From a virus (taxonomy: Duplodnaviria; Caudoviricetes), in IMG/VR virus record IMGVR_UViG_3300025413_001239: a stretch of 64,000 bases of DNA. One strand, given 5' to 3'. The notes beneath the pieces were generated by a model. The model was not told where the DNA came from. It did no database searches and saw only the letters and a list, made by a program, of their open reading frames with translations. A program made the position numbers and the translations under genes. Numbering within the stretch: position 1 is the stretch's first letter; every line of letters starts with the position of its first letter. Of this stretch, positions 1-9,442 are shown piece by piece.

Positions 1-1
1 T

Positions 2-1030
2 TCTGTTAAGGAACTTATTAAATCTCAAAAAAGTGGTTATACCGTATCATTGAAAGAAGTAGTTGATGGCAAATTGACAGGTAAAACTGTAAATAGAAAA
101 ATTGACGGTGCTACTACATGGACCCCAGGTGACAAATTGGCATTCGAGAGTCTTTCTGGATTCACTGATGTAGTTTCTACTAGAGATTTCAATAACCAAA
201 TGTGTGCTGTAATGGTAACCATTAAGGAATATGCGCTTAAGCATGACAAAGAAGTGTCGAACATACTTAAAGCGGCATATGAAGGTGGTAATCAAATCAA
301 GACAAGTGATGAATGGTTACATGCGGCTTCTGATGCGGTAGCTAAGACATACAACTTTGAAAATGGTAAGTACTGGTACGACATGTTTAAGGGTCAAAAA
401 GGTACTAAAGAAGGTCTTGATTATAGTGTTGGTGGTAGTAAGGTGTTTAACTATGCTGATGCTTTGCAATACTTTGGTATCTCTGATGGTGTTAATCGTT
501 ATAAATCAGTATATGACCAAATCTCTAAATACTTAGTTGAGTTAAATCCATGTGATTTCAATAAGACATGTAAATCTGGTCCATTAGCTTATGATGATGC
601 TGTTAATTTGTACTTCTTGAAGTCTATTAATGATGTTCATACAGGTAAAAAGGATAGTGTTAGTTATGCTGAAAATAAGACAACTGTAATGGCTGATGGT
701 AACTGGAAGATAAACTTTGCAACTGGTAGTTCAACTATTAGTGAATCATCTTCAAAGGACTTAGAAACAATTTACAACTTATTAATTCAAGCTGAAAATA
801 CTAAACTTAAGATTATTGGCCACACCGATAATGTAGGAAATCCAGATGCTAATTTGACATTGTCTAAGGGTCGTGCAAATTCAGTAGCACAATACTTGAA
901 AGATAAAGGGGTTCCATCTGAAAGGTTCCAATTAGTGGATGGTGCTGGTGATACACAACCTGTAGCTGATAATAGCACCGCTGCTGGTAAAAGTAAGAAT
1001 CGCAGGACTGAAATTCAATTATTAAAATAA
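2..1030 (+). CDS. ABC-type substrate-binding protein with C-terminal OmpA domain (5' truncated by window edge)
   Basis: Frame open to the window edge; C-terminal OmpA motifs IIGHTDNVG, LSKGRANSVAQYL, NRRTEI; lies upstream of ABC permease and ATPase. Confidence 0.8.
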   Translation, partial: SVKELIKSQKSGYTVSLKEVVDGKLTGKTVNRKIDGATTWTPGDKLAFESLSGFTDVVSTRDFNNQMCAVMVTIKEYALKHDKEVSNILKAAYEGGNQIKTSDEWLHAASDAVAKTYNFENGKYWYDMFKGQKGTKEGLDYSVGGSKVFNYADALQYFGISDGVNRYKSVYDQISKYLVELNPCDFNKTCKSGPLAYDDAVNLYFLKSINDVHTGKKDSVSYAENKTTVMADGNWKINFATGSSTISESSSKDLETIYNLLIQAENTKLKIIGHTDNVGNPDANLTLSKGRANSVAQYLKDKGVPSERFQLVDGAGDTQPVADNSTAAGKSKNRRTEIQLLK

Positions 1031-1067
1031 TTTAATCAGTTAATAAGTTAAAAAATAAGGTTAACCT

Positions 1068-1736
1068 TTAAAGGTTAACCTTATTTCTTTTTATATGTCT
1101 ATTGTAATAACTACACAGTGGTTGAAGATTACTATAATACCATAGTCTAATAAGTGTCTCTTCATCCTCAGCTAAACTTGTTGGAATTATATGGTCAATA
1201 TCCCAACCATAATTTAATTCACCATTGTATAGGCCATAGTTATCCCAATTCATCCATGATTCCCATTTAGATTCAATAAATAATTTAAATTGTTCACTTG
1301 AACATCCTAATATATCTATAGTTCTATTTTTCTTACTGAAATTATTGGTCTTAAATATTTTTTTTAAATTTGTTCTAATGTTTTCTTTTAATGCGAAAAA
1401 TCTATCTGAATGATATTTCTTTTTTCTTTTGATTGTTTCATTCTTATTAATTTTTTCTTTATTTTGTTTATAATATGTTTTACGTTTCTCTTTAATAATT
1501 TCCGAATTTTCTATATAATAAACTTTACGCTTCTGGCTAATAGTCTTTTTATTTTCAATATACCTTTTTTTTCTGTATTTGCTTATTTTTTCATCGTTTA
1601 AAATCGCTGTTTTTTTACTTCGTTCTATTGAGCATATTTTACAATCATTACGCCTACCATCAACAGCATCAAGTCTTTTATAAAAGTCGGTTAATGGTTT
1701 TTCAGTACCACATTTATTACATATTTTTGTTTCCAT
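1068..1736 (-). CDS. HNH homing endonuclease
   Basis: N-terminal CxxC, Lys-rich linker, C-terminal GCS..FK..IE...WMNWDNYG..WDIDHIIP..NLQPLCS motif. Confidence 0.85.
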   Translation of the reverse strand: METKICNKCGTEKPLTDFYKRLDAVDGRRNDCKICSIERSKKTAILNDEKISKYRKKRYIENKKTISQKRKVYYIENSEIIKEKRKTYYKQNKEKINKNETIKRKKKYHSDRFFALKENIRTNLKKIFKTNNFSKKNRTIDILGCSSEQFKLFIESKWESWMNWDNYGLYNGELNYGWDIDHIIPTSLAEDEETLIRLWYYSNLQPLCSYYNRHIKRNKVNL

Positions 1737-1738
1737 AA

Positions 1739-1906
1739 TTAAAATATTTTATCTATAGTCTTATTTTTTAATAAATCATCATAAATTAATTTCTCAATAT
1801 ATGCAGATTTATTTGGTTTAATTTTACCAATTAAGGTATCTAGTTCACGGTTTAATGTTACAGTAACCCGTACTTTTTTTTCTTCAGTTTTTAATTTTTT
1901 TCTCAT
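1739..1906 (-). CDS. Small ribbon-helix-helix (CopG/Arc-like) DNA-binding protein
   Basis: MRKKLKTEEKKVRVTVTLNRELDTLIGKIKPNKSAYIEKLI; ATG at 1906; paralogs precede the other two HNH genes. Confidence 0.6.
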   Translation of the reverse strand: MRKKLKTEEKKVRVTVTLNRELDTLIGKIKPNKSAYIEKLIYDDLLKNKTIDKIF

Positions 1907-2046
1907 ACTAATAAATATCTTGAAATAATAAAAAGTATGAATTTTTATTTGTATCATTAAAATAATTTTCGTACATTTACATAAACACCTTATTTATAAG
2001 TAGTCGAAATTACTCTATTAAAGTAATTCACTTAAGTATAAAATTT

Positions 2047-2075
2047 AAAGGAGACTGTAATGGTCTCCTTTTTTT
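2047..2075 (+). terminator. Intrinsic terminator
   Basis: AAAGGAGAC-loop-GTCTCCTTT followed by T run. Confidence 0.7.
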
Positions 2076-2089
2076 TTAACAAAAATAAA

Positions 2090-2120
2090 TTTGTTGGTAT
2101 CAAATTAAGTTATATATTTG
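2090..2120 (+). promoter_or_regulatory. Bacteroidota primary-sigma promoter (example of a class recurring dozens of times)
   Basis: TTTG (2090-2093), 19 nt, TATATTTG (2113-2120); the same CGTATATTTGCA-type motif precedes most transcription units. Confidence 0.85.
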
Positions 2121-2136
2121 CATTAAATTAAAAAAT

Positions 2137-2340
2137 ATGGAATTTACATTCGCAAACAACAGTCAGACATCAGTTTCTGTTTTTACAGTAGATGCACATT
2201 TACCGTTTTGTTTTTCAGTTAAGCAACAAACCAAAACAAAACGTGGTACTAGAATAAATACAGCTTATTGTGGCTTAGATAAAGAAGCTGCGATAAAATT
2301 TGCTAACAAGATTCTAGAATTAGCAAAAGAAATTAAATAA
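2137..2340 (+). CDS. Hypothetical protein
   Basis: ORF directly after promoter. Confidence 0.6.
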   Translation: MEFTFANNSQTSVSVFTVDAHLPFCFSVKQQTKTKRGTRINTAYCGLDKEAAIKFANKILELAKEIK

Positions 2341-2358
2341 TCAGTAAAAAAAGTAATA

Positions 2359-3132
2359 ATGAATAAAGTATTTAAGCCATTTGAGTTTATATCAGAAACC
2401 ACAAAGCGAACTATCATGCTTGGGTTTATCGGGTTAGTATTAGGGTTTTGGGTGGTAATGTCGGCAACATCAACAACTCATCTATTTCCCTCAGTTAAGC
2501 AAGTATTCGCAGGATTCTCAGACTTGTATGCTGATGGACTTGTGGTCCATGTATTTAGCTCATTAGGGCTGTTTTTAAAGGCTACACTCATCTCAATCAT
2601 AGTTTCTCTCATTCTTTGTTATTCTGCCCCAATTTCGGCTCTTAGACCCATAGCGGTATTTGTTTCTAAGCTAAGGTATTTACCATTAACAGGTATATCA
2701 TTTTATATTGCAATTTTGGTTCATGAAGCTAGGTCTGTTCAAGTCTGGATTCTAGTTGTGTTTATGACAACATTCCTCACAACTAGTCTTTTACAAATGC
2801 TTACTGATATTCCCGAAGAAGAATTAGACCATGCAAGAACACTTGGTTGCAGCCGATGGGAAATATTACTTGAGGTAGTTATAAAAGGTAGATTAGACTA
2901 TGTATTTGAAATGGTAAGACAAAATTTAGCTATGATTTGGATGCTTCTTGTATCAATTGAGAGTATACTTGCATCAGCTGGTGGTATCGGGTTTCTTATC
3001 AAAAATAATGACAAGTTAGGTGATAACGGCAAAGTAATTGCTTTGCAAATTATCATAATAGCAATTGGTGTTTTTTTAGATTTCACATTAACAAAACTAC
3101 GTAAATTAATCTTCAGATACTCAAATTTTTAA
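2359..3132 (+). CDS. ABC transporter permease (TauC/SsuC-like)
   Basis: Multiple TM helices; EAA-like loop EEELDHARTLGCSRWEILLEVVI. Confidence 0.9.
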   Translation: MNKVFKPFEFISETTKRTIMLGFIGLVLGFWVVMSATSTTHLFPSVKQVFAGFSDLYADGLVVHVFSSLGLFLKATLISIIVSLILCYSAPISALRPIAVFVSKLRYLPLTGISFYIAILVHEARSVQVWILVVFMTTFLTTSLLQMLTDIPEEELDHARTLGCSRWEILLEVVIKGRLDYVFEMVRQNLAMIWMLLVSIESILASAGGIGFLIKNNDKLGDNGKVIALQIIIIAIGVFLDFTLTKLRKLIFRYSNF

Positions 3133-3134
3133 AA

Positions 3135-3974
3135 ATGAATTATACATCAACCGATACAATTTTATACCTTGATAAGGTTAGCGTGGGTTATAAAGATAAA
3201 AATGACCACAGCAAAGTAAATATGATACTTAAAGACGTATCATTGGAAGAAAAAGACATTCACCGTGAAGGTCATTCAGCTACTGGTCAAACAATAGCCT
3301 TTATTGGTCGTTCAGGTCGTGGTAAATCAACACTTTTTAAGGCCTTAACTGGTCTGTTGAAACCTACAAGTGGTAAAGTACTTATCATGGATGGTAACCC
3401 TAATATTCATAATTCAGCTAAAGAAGTTGCTGAGGGCGATGTTGGATTTGTTGACCAGAAGTATACGCTTTTTCGTCATAAAACTCTCACCCAGATTCTA
3501 CATTATGCGATGCGCAAGATAAACAAGACCAAACAAGAAAAGGATGCTATTATTGATAGTTATTTAGCTGATTGGGGTCTTGCTGAACATAAGGATAAGT
3601 ACCCTTGTGAACTATCAGGTGGTCAAAGGCAACGTACAGCGATACTTGAACAGATGCTTACATCTAAGCACTTTATCGTGTTGGATGAACCAGCATCGGG
3701 ACTTGATGTTTACGCAATCGAAAAGATGAAATCGTCATTTAATAAAATTTTATCTGATGATGAATTGAATACTATTATCTTTAGCACTCACGACATTAAA
3801 TTAGCCGTTGAAATGGCTGATAGTATTTATGTAATTGGTCGTCCAGAAGGTGTGGAATACAGTACTATTTTAAGACATTTTGATTTAAAACAAATGGGTA
3901 TTGCTTGGCAAGAGTATGGAAATGCTCATAGACAATTAACTCAAGATATTAAAAGTTTATTACTTAATTCTTAA
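3135..3974 (+). CDS. ABC transporter ATP-binding protein (TauB/SsuB-like)
   Basis: Walker A GRSGRGKST, signature LSGGQRQR, Walker B IVLDEP, H-loop STHD. Confidence 0.95.
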   Translation: MNYTSTDTILYLDKVSVGYKDKNDHSKVNMILKDVSLEEKDIHREGHSATGQTIAFIGRSGRGKSTLFKALTGLLKPTSGKVLIMDGNPNIHNSAKEVAEGDVGFVDQKYTLFRHKTLTQILHYAMRKINKTKQEKDAIIDSYLADWGLAEHKDKYPCELSGGQRQRTAILEQMLTSKHFIVLDEPASGLDVYAIEKMKSSFNKILSDDELNTIIFSTHDIKLAVEMADSIYVIGRPEGVEYSTILRHFDLKQMGIAWQEYGNAHRQLTQDIKSLLLNS

Positions 3975-4762
3975 TTATCACGTTTGATATTACGATTGTG
4001 ATAACTACAAAGTGGTTGAAGATTGGAGTAATGATTTAATTTAATTACTTCGTCTTCAACTTTTGTTGTTTTAAGAGGTGTAATATGGTCAATATCCCAA
4101 CCATAGTTTTCAGTTCCGTTATAAAGTCCATAGTTATCCCAATTCATCCATGGTTCAAATAACCCCTCAAGATGCTGTTTAAACTCTTCAAATGTGCAAC
4201 CTAATATTTCGTATGTCTTAGATTTTTTTGTATAACCACCGTTTTTTATACTAACATTTATTCTATGTCGAATAGCATCTTTAGCTCGATAAAAAGGGTC
4301 TTTACGTTTTTCTATCAGTGATAGTTTTTCACGTTTTCTAACTTTATCCCAGTTATTTTTTCTATACTCTTTTTGTCTAATTTTTATACGTTCTTTATTT
4401 GCTTCGTAATAAGCTTTTAGTTTTTCTTTATTCTTTTGCGTATATTCGAAAGATTTTTGTTTTATCTTATCTTTATTCGCTTCTCGATATTTAAGTTTAA
4501 TTACTTTACTTTGTTCTTTAATACGGTCATTATTTTTCTGATACCATTGTTTTTTATATTCTTTTAGTTTATCAGAATTTAATTTAGCGTATTCTTTTTT
4601 TGTTACTGCGTATTTATCAAAGTTTTTTAAATATTCGGTGTGTTTCTTTTCTTTTTCACAAGACTTACAATAAGACCTTAATTTATTCTTAGTTTTATTG
4701 TATATTGTAAAACCAGATAATTGAATATCTAATTGGCATATACTACAAACTTTACTTTCCAT
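3971..4762 (-). CDS. HNH homing endonuclease
   Basis: Likely start MESKVCSIC at 4762; WMNWDNYG..WDIDHITP..NHYSNLQPLCS motif. Confidence 0.85.
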   Translation of the reverse strand: MESKVCSICQLDIQLSGFTIYNKTKNKLRSYCKSCEKEKKHTEYLKNFDKYAVTKKEYAKLNSDKLKEYKKQWYQKNNDRIKEQSKVIKLKYREANKDKIKQKSFEYTQKNKEKLKAYYEANKERIKIRQKEYRKNNWDKVRKREKLSLIEKRKDPFYRAKDAIRHRINVSIKNGGYTKKSKTYEILGCTFEEFKQHLEGLFEPWMNWDNYGLYNGTENYGWDIDHITPLKTTKVEDEVIKLNHYSNLQPLCSYHNRNIKRDN

Positions 4763-4910
4763 CTGACTTAAATTTATTGAAATATTCAACTAATAACCAG
4801 TTGATTAGTTTTGATTTGTTCTCTTGGTTTAATAATTGATAATTTTCCTCAGAAATACTAATACTCAGTTTTTTCTTTTTGTTCTCAGTAGACTTTTGTT
4901 TTCTTCCCAT
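4752..4910 (-). CDS. Small RHH-like DNA-binding protein (not in ORF track)
   Basis: 52 aa MGRKQKSTENKKKKLSISISEENYQLLNQENKSKLINWLL...; overlaps HNH start. Confidence 0.55.
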   Translation of the reverse strand: MGRKQKSTENKKKKLSISISEENYQLLNQENKSKLINWLLVEYFNKFKSDGK

Positions 4911-5186
4911 AATTGTGATGTTTATATATAATAAATATCACGAGTTTTCTGAAAAATTCGTATTGTTACGAATTTTATTTTTAAAATGTTCGGTAAGTAA
5001 TGAATCAATTAGTTTAGATTTATTAAATTTACCCTCATCTAATTTTTTAAGAATTTCTTGGTCTAAGGCAATGCTAATTTTTTTTGGGTTATTTTTCATA
5101 AAAATAAATATAATAAATTATTTGTCTAAGTCAATTAATGTTCGTATATTTGCATCCTAATCAATATTTATATAAAAAAAAAAGAA

Positions 5187-5354
5187 ATGAAAAGAGTTTT
5201 ATCAGCATTAGCGTTAGTCGCTTTAGTAACTTTGGCAGCTTGTGGTTCGGGAACCAGCCAAAATGACACAACAAATGACACTTTGTCATCTGTAGGACCT
5301 GATACGTCTTATGGTATAACAATTGATACTACCAAGTTAGATTCTACTAAGTAG
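5187..5354 (+). CDS. Small lipoprotein (not in ORF track)
   Basis: MKRVLSALALVALVTLAAC lipobox, Thr/Asp-rich tail, ends in TAG. Confidence 0.7.
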   Translation: MKRVLSALALVALVTLAACGSGTSQNDTTNDTLSSVGPDTSYGITIDTTKLDSTK

Positions 5355-5437
5355 AGTTAATAAGTGTTTCAAGCTAAGTGAATTACGGGTGTTCTTTTGA
5401 ACACCCAAAATTTACACCCGAATTAAAAATTAATGTT

Positions 5438-5872
5438 ATGGATTTATTTGATGATTTATTTAATGATTTTTTTAAGAATCGTAAACCGATTAAAAAAGTT
5501 GATGATAAGCCATTCATAAGTGAATTAAAAAGTCTTATGAATGCATTAAGTGATTTTAAAACCTTCGACCCAGAAGAAGGTGAAGAAATCCAAAATAAAT
5601 TGGGTGAACCAGATGAGGTTCAAAAATTTGTTGAAAATGACATGCACTTCACCAGATTAATCTGGAATACACCACATGGTAAATTCATTAAGGTTCTTGT
5701 TACAAATGACCCAGATTCTTTTGAATTACCAACATATGATAAGGAACCTAAATCTCTTCAAGAACAACTTGATGAAGCGGTTGAAGCTGAGAATTTTGAA
5801 TTAGCTATCAAATTAAGGGACCAAATCAACGGTACAAAAAAAGTTAAAAGAACTAGGAAAAAAGTTGAATAA
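5438..5872 (+). CDS. UVR (UvrB/C motif) domain protein
   Basis: C-terminal LQEQLDEAVEAENFELAIKLRDQI; likely start MDLFDD at 5438. Confidence 0.75.
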   Translation: MDLFDDLFNDFFKNRKPIKKVDDKPFISELKSLMNALSDFKTFDPEEGEEIQNKLGEPDEVQKFVENDMHFTRLIWNTPHGKFIKVLVTNDPDSFELPTYDKEPKSLQEQLDEAVEAENFELAIKLRDQINGTKKVKRTRKKVE

Positions 5873-5934
5873 AAATTTGTTAGTTTGAAATAACTAACGT
5901 ATATTTGCAGAGTAATTAAAAACAAAGCAAATTT

Positions 5935-6005
5935 GGTTCTATAGCTCAACGGCAGAGCTGGACTCTCTAAAAGTCTTGATGTTGGTTCGATTCCGACTAG
6001 AATCA
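5935..6005 (+). tRNA. Amber suppressor tRNA (anticodon CUA)
   Basis: Full cloverleaf: GGTTCTA/TAGAATC acceptor, GCTC/GAGC D stem, GGACT-CTCTAAA-AGTCT anticodon arm (CTA at 5967-5969), GTTGG-TTCGATT-CCGAC T arm, A73; own promoter at ~5900. Confidence 0.9.
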
Positions 6006-6053
6006 CACTTTACATTTTTTAACAATTATTGTATATTTATAAAAAAAAGAAAT

Positions 6054-6410
6054 ATGACACATTAGGTATCTAACACTGAGAAATTAAGAGTAATCACAAG
6101 AAGAGACTTGAGTTTAGGGTATCAAGCAACAATGGCATGTCATGCTGCAATAGACTTTCAGCACGAACATATAGCTGAGTCGATACAATGGCACAAGTCA
6201 TCTAATTATTTAGCCATTTTAACTGTTAAAGACGAACAAGAACTTATTGACTTAATGGTCAAAGTTAGTCTTAGAGGTATTAAGTATACCATTTTCCGTG
6301 AACCAGATTTAGAGAATCAAATTACAGCTGTGGCTTTAGAAGCTACAAATGCTAGTAAAAAAGTAACAAGTTCTTTACCATTACTTGGAAAGGAGGTAAG
6401 TTATGTATAA
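6054..6410 (+). CDS. Peptidyl-tRNA hydrolase (Pth2-like) with in-frame TAG at codon 4
   Basis: ATG ACA CAT TAG GTA TCT... continues in frame into KLRVITRRDLSLGYQA..CHAA..FREPDLENQITAVAL; conserved N-terminal strand lies upstream of the TTG used by the ORF track. Confidence 0.75.
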
Positions 6411-6753
6411 TTTACTAGAAAACGAAACTTGTAGTTTACAGGGTTGTTTAGCTGATAAAGCTTATGCTATTGTTGATTTATCAACGAAAAGGGTTCATAG
6501 AATAAGTTTCAGCAAATCATTATTAGAGCATATTATAGACACAACCGATAGTCCTTTTGTTGTAAAAGAGGTAACATTTGTTTTAGGTCGAAAATTGTTA
6601 AGTGGTGAAACTAGTTTAACGGGTATATATGCCTTGGTTAAGAGTAAAAATAATTGGACATTACGAATTTCTTTATTTAAAGATATTGCAAACTATCTTT
6701 GTGATTTTGAAACTAGAAGTCTTAGAGAGTGTATAATAACAAAAATTAATTAA
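6403..6753 (+). CDS. Hypothetical protein
   Basis: ORF overlapping the pth stop. Confidence 0.6.
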   Translation: MYNLLENETCSLQGCLADKAYAIVDLSTKRVHRISFSKSLLEHIIDTTDSPFVVKEVTFVLGRKLLSGETSLTGIYALVKSKNNWTLRISLFKDIANYLCDFETRSLRECIITKIN

Positions 6754-6757
6754 TAAA

Positions 6758-6965
6758 GCGCCTTTAGTTTAACTGGATAAAATATCCGAGTCGAATCGGA
6801 AGTGGTGTTGGCTTTTTAAGGTTGTGAAAGCTAGATTGAAACGTCAAAGGGAGGTTGCAACAGTACCGATGATTAGTAAACTAGTTAGTAATGGTAAACG
6901 GGCTAAAAAACGTATTTAGTCTCTTAACTGGTCAAACGGTGGGGGTTCGAATCCTTCAGGGTGCT
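6758..6965 (+). ncRNA. tRNA-like RNA with 6-nt anticodon loop and ~140-nt structured insert
   Basis: GCGCCTT/AGGGTGC acceptor, Arg-type D arm, TCCGA-GTCGAA-TCGGA arm, GGGGG-TTCGAAT-CCTTC T arm; insert 6801-6940. Confidence 0.7.
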
Positions 6966-7082
6966 CATTAAATAACAAATTAAAAATAGAAAAATATGAG
7001 ATAGGTAATCAGGGGTCCAACATGACTTTAAATTTTATAAAAAAAACATCAACAATAACAAAAAAAATAAAATTTAAAGAAA

Positions 7083-7382
7083 ATGAGTAAGATTAGTCAC
7101 AACCCAACAACAATGATAAAGAGCAAGTTCTCTAACGAAGTGCATAAATTAATTTTAGGCCCTAACATGGGTACAAAAACACGTGATAGGTGGCGTTTAC
7201 CTAAAAAGAAATTAACTGATGCTGAAAAGCTTGAGTTGTTTGATAAGATAGTGGAAGCGCATAATTCATGCACAGCTGAGTTAACAGCTTATCAATATGA
7301 TAGGCGAGAAAAGAAAAGAATCAAAAAAGCACGTATTGCTCGTGGCTGGGTGCCAAAAGTTAAGACAAAAAAAGTAGCATAA
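7083..7382 (+). CDS. Basic hypothetical protein
   Basis: 99-aa Lys/Arg-rich ORF followed by terminator. Confidence 0.6.
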   Translation: MSKISHNPTTMIKSKFSNEVHKLILGPNMGTKTRDRWRLPKKKLTDAEKLELFDKIVEAHNSCTAELTAYQYDRREKKRIKKARIARGWVPKVKTKKVA

Positions 7383-7385
7383 ATT

Positions 7386-7411
7386 AAAGGGAGAAGAAAT
7401 TCTCCTTTTTT
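7386..7411 (+). terminator. Intrinsic terminator
   Basis: AAAGGGAGAA-GAAA-TTCTCCTTT plus T run. Confidence 0.7.
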
Positions 7412-7471
7412 ATTTGGTAGTGTTAAGTAAATACCATATATTTGCATTTTATTAAACATAAAATTATACGC

Positions 7472-9442
7472 ATGAAAAATTTACTTACATTGATTTGCTT
7501 ATTAGTAACATTTCAATTAATCGCACAAGACACAATTAAGTCAAAGACTCTAGAACCAATACAAATTACTTGTGTTAGGGCTGATAAGAAAATCCCAGTA
7601 ACACAAAAAACGCTCTCCGATTCGGCTATTCAAGCGAATTATCAGGGTCAAGAAATACCTATGTTGTTAGGTTCTCAAACATCAATTTACACGAATTGTG
7701 ATGGTGGTCATAACGCTGGTTATAGTTACTTTAGCATCAGGGGTATTGACCAAACAAGAATAAACATAACTCTTAATGGTGTTCCATTGAATGAAGGTGA
7801 AGACATGGCTTGTTATACGTCTAATTATCCAAGTTTTACCAGCGCAATTCAATCTATGCAAATTCAACGTGGTGTGGGTACATCATCTAACGGCGCATCA
7901 TCCTTCGGTGGCTCATTGAACTTTCAAAGCAAGGATGGCCTTATTAAGGGTACTGATATTCAAATAGGTGGTGGTTCATTTAATACATCAAGATTTGACA
8001 TATCCACATCCACAGGTTTATCCAAACACAAATTAGCCTTATTCGCTAATATTGGTGGTATACAAACTGATGGCTTTAGAGATAATTCAGGTTGTAAGGG
8101 TGGTTCCGCTTTTGTGAGTCTTGGTTACTTCGGGAAGTCTAGTATTACAAAACTTAACCTATTAACAGGAATATCACAAAACAAACAAGCTTGGATGGGT
8201 TCAAGTGATTCAGCATTAGCAGCTAATTATCGTGATAACCCAAGAGGTGGTGATAATATGGATAATTTCAATCAAACGAATGTTCAATTGCAGAACATAA
8301 CAATGTTTAATACACGGTTTAAATTAACCAGCACTGCGTTTTATAATTACTTAGATGGTCACTATAATGTGTTTAACTTAAAGGATATACCAGTTAATAA
8401 TTATTTTGCATACGAAAGCCAGTATTCACGATGGATTGGTGCGGTAACTCAATTAGATTATAACTATGGTGATTTTAAGGTTACTTCAAGCCTTTCAGCC
8501 AGTACTTATACGAGGTTCCATAATGGTTATGAGATTTACGATACAACACTTACTGAATATCCCTATACTAATAGTGGTAAAAAGAATGATGCAAATGCAT
8601 TCATAAAGTTTAGTTATGACACTAAAAGAGTCTTGTATTATATCGACTTACAAGAAAGATTTGTTGATTATAAGTACTCTGGTGATACAAGTGTTTATCA
8701 AAGCTGGAAGTTCTTTAACCCAAAGGCTGGTGTTAAGTTCTTCATAAACAAGAGTTTGGATGTGTATTGGAGCGTAGGTTTATCTCATAGAGAACCAACA
8801 CACTCAATAATGCTTAATGGTTGGTTGTACTTAAACTCTTATAATCCGATTACAATAGTTAAGCCTGAGGAAGTAATTGATAATGAAATAGGTGTAAATT
8901 ACACGTCAAGTAAACTAAAATTACAAGCTAATGTTTATGTAATGAAATTTACGAATGAAATGATAGCTGCTGGGCCGATGGGTAATAACAGTCTTCCTAT
9001 TATGATGAATGTTCCTAATAGTCTAAGATATGGCTTCGAATTTGATTGTACTTATAAAGTAAATAAGTCGTTTACTTATGATATTAATTCAACATTATCT
9101 AATGGTCAGTTTAAAGTTGATAGCGGTACGTATAGCTACTTATTTAATCCAAATTTTATGTTTAAGCATTCGATTAACTATACACATAATAAGTTATTTG
9201 TAAGCCTTAATCAAGCATATATTTCAAGAGTTTACATTGATAAGGCTAATCAATTTACTTTGCCAATATCATCTACAATCGGTTTGAATCTTGGATATAC
9301 CTTTGGTCGTTATCAAGTATCAATTCAGGGTAACAATTTAACAGGTGAGAAGACTTATAGCAATGGTTCAGTTACTGGTGTTAGGTATAGAATACCTAAC
9401 GCTTTACAAAATTACTTCATAACCCTTAAAATACACTTATGA
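7472..9442 (+). CDS. TonB-dependent outer-membrane receptor
   Basis: Signal peptide MKNLLTLICLL..; plug motifs FSIRG, RINITLNGVPLN, IQRGVGTSSNG..GGSLNF; beta-barrel body. Confidence 0.9.
   Translation: MKNLLTLICLLVTFQLIAQDTIKSKTLEPIQITCVRADKKIPVTQKTLSDSAIQANYQGQEIPMLLGSQTSIYTNCDGGHNAGYSYFSIRGIDQTRINITLNGVPLNEGEDMACYTSNYPSFTSAIQSMQIQRGVGTSSNGASSFGGSLNFQSKDGLIKGTDIQIGGGSFNTSRFDISTSTGLSKHKLALFANIGGIQTDGFRDNSGCKGGSAFVSLGYFGKSSITKLNLLTGISQNKQAWMGSSDSALAANYRDNPRGGDNMDNFNQTNVQLQNITMFNTRFKLTSTAFYNYLDGHYNVFNLKDIPVNNYFAYESQYSRWIGAVTQLDYNYGDFKVTSSLSASTYTRFHNGYEIYDTTLTEYPYTNSGKKNDANAFIKFSYDTKRVLYYIDLQERFVDYKYSGDTSVYQSWKFFNPKAGVKFFINKSLDVYWSVGLSHREPTHSIMLNGWLYLNSYNPITIVKPEEVIDNEIGVNYTSSKLKLQANVYVMKFTNEMIAAGPMGNNSLPIMMNVPNSLRYGFEFDCTYKVNKSFTYDINSTLSNGQFKVDSGTYSYLFNPNFMFKHSINYTHNKLFVSLNQAYISRVYIDKANQFTLPISSTIGLNLGYTFGRYQVSIQGNNLTGEKTYSNGSVTGVRYRIPNALQNYFITLKIHL

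Noticed and set aside
7400-7471. TPP riboswitch expected before a TBDR-Pnu operon
   Set aside because: No aptamer-like sequence; only a terminator and a promoter ~30 nt from the start codon.
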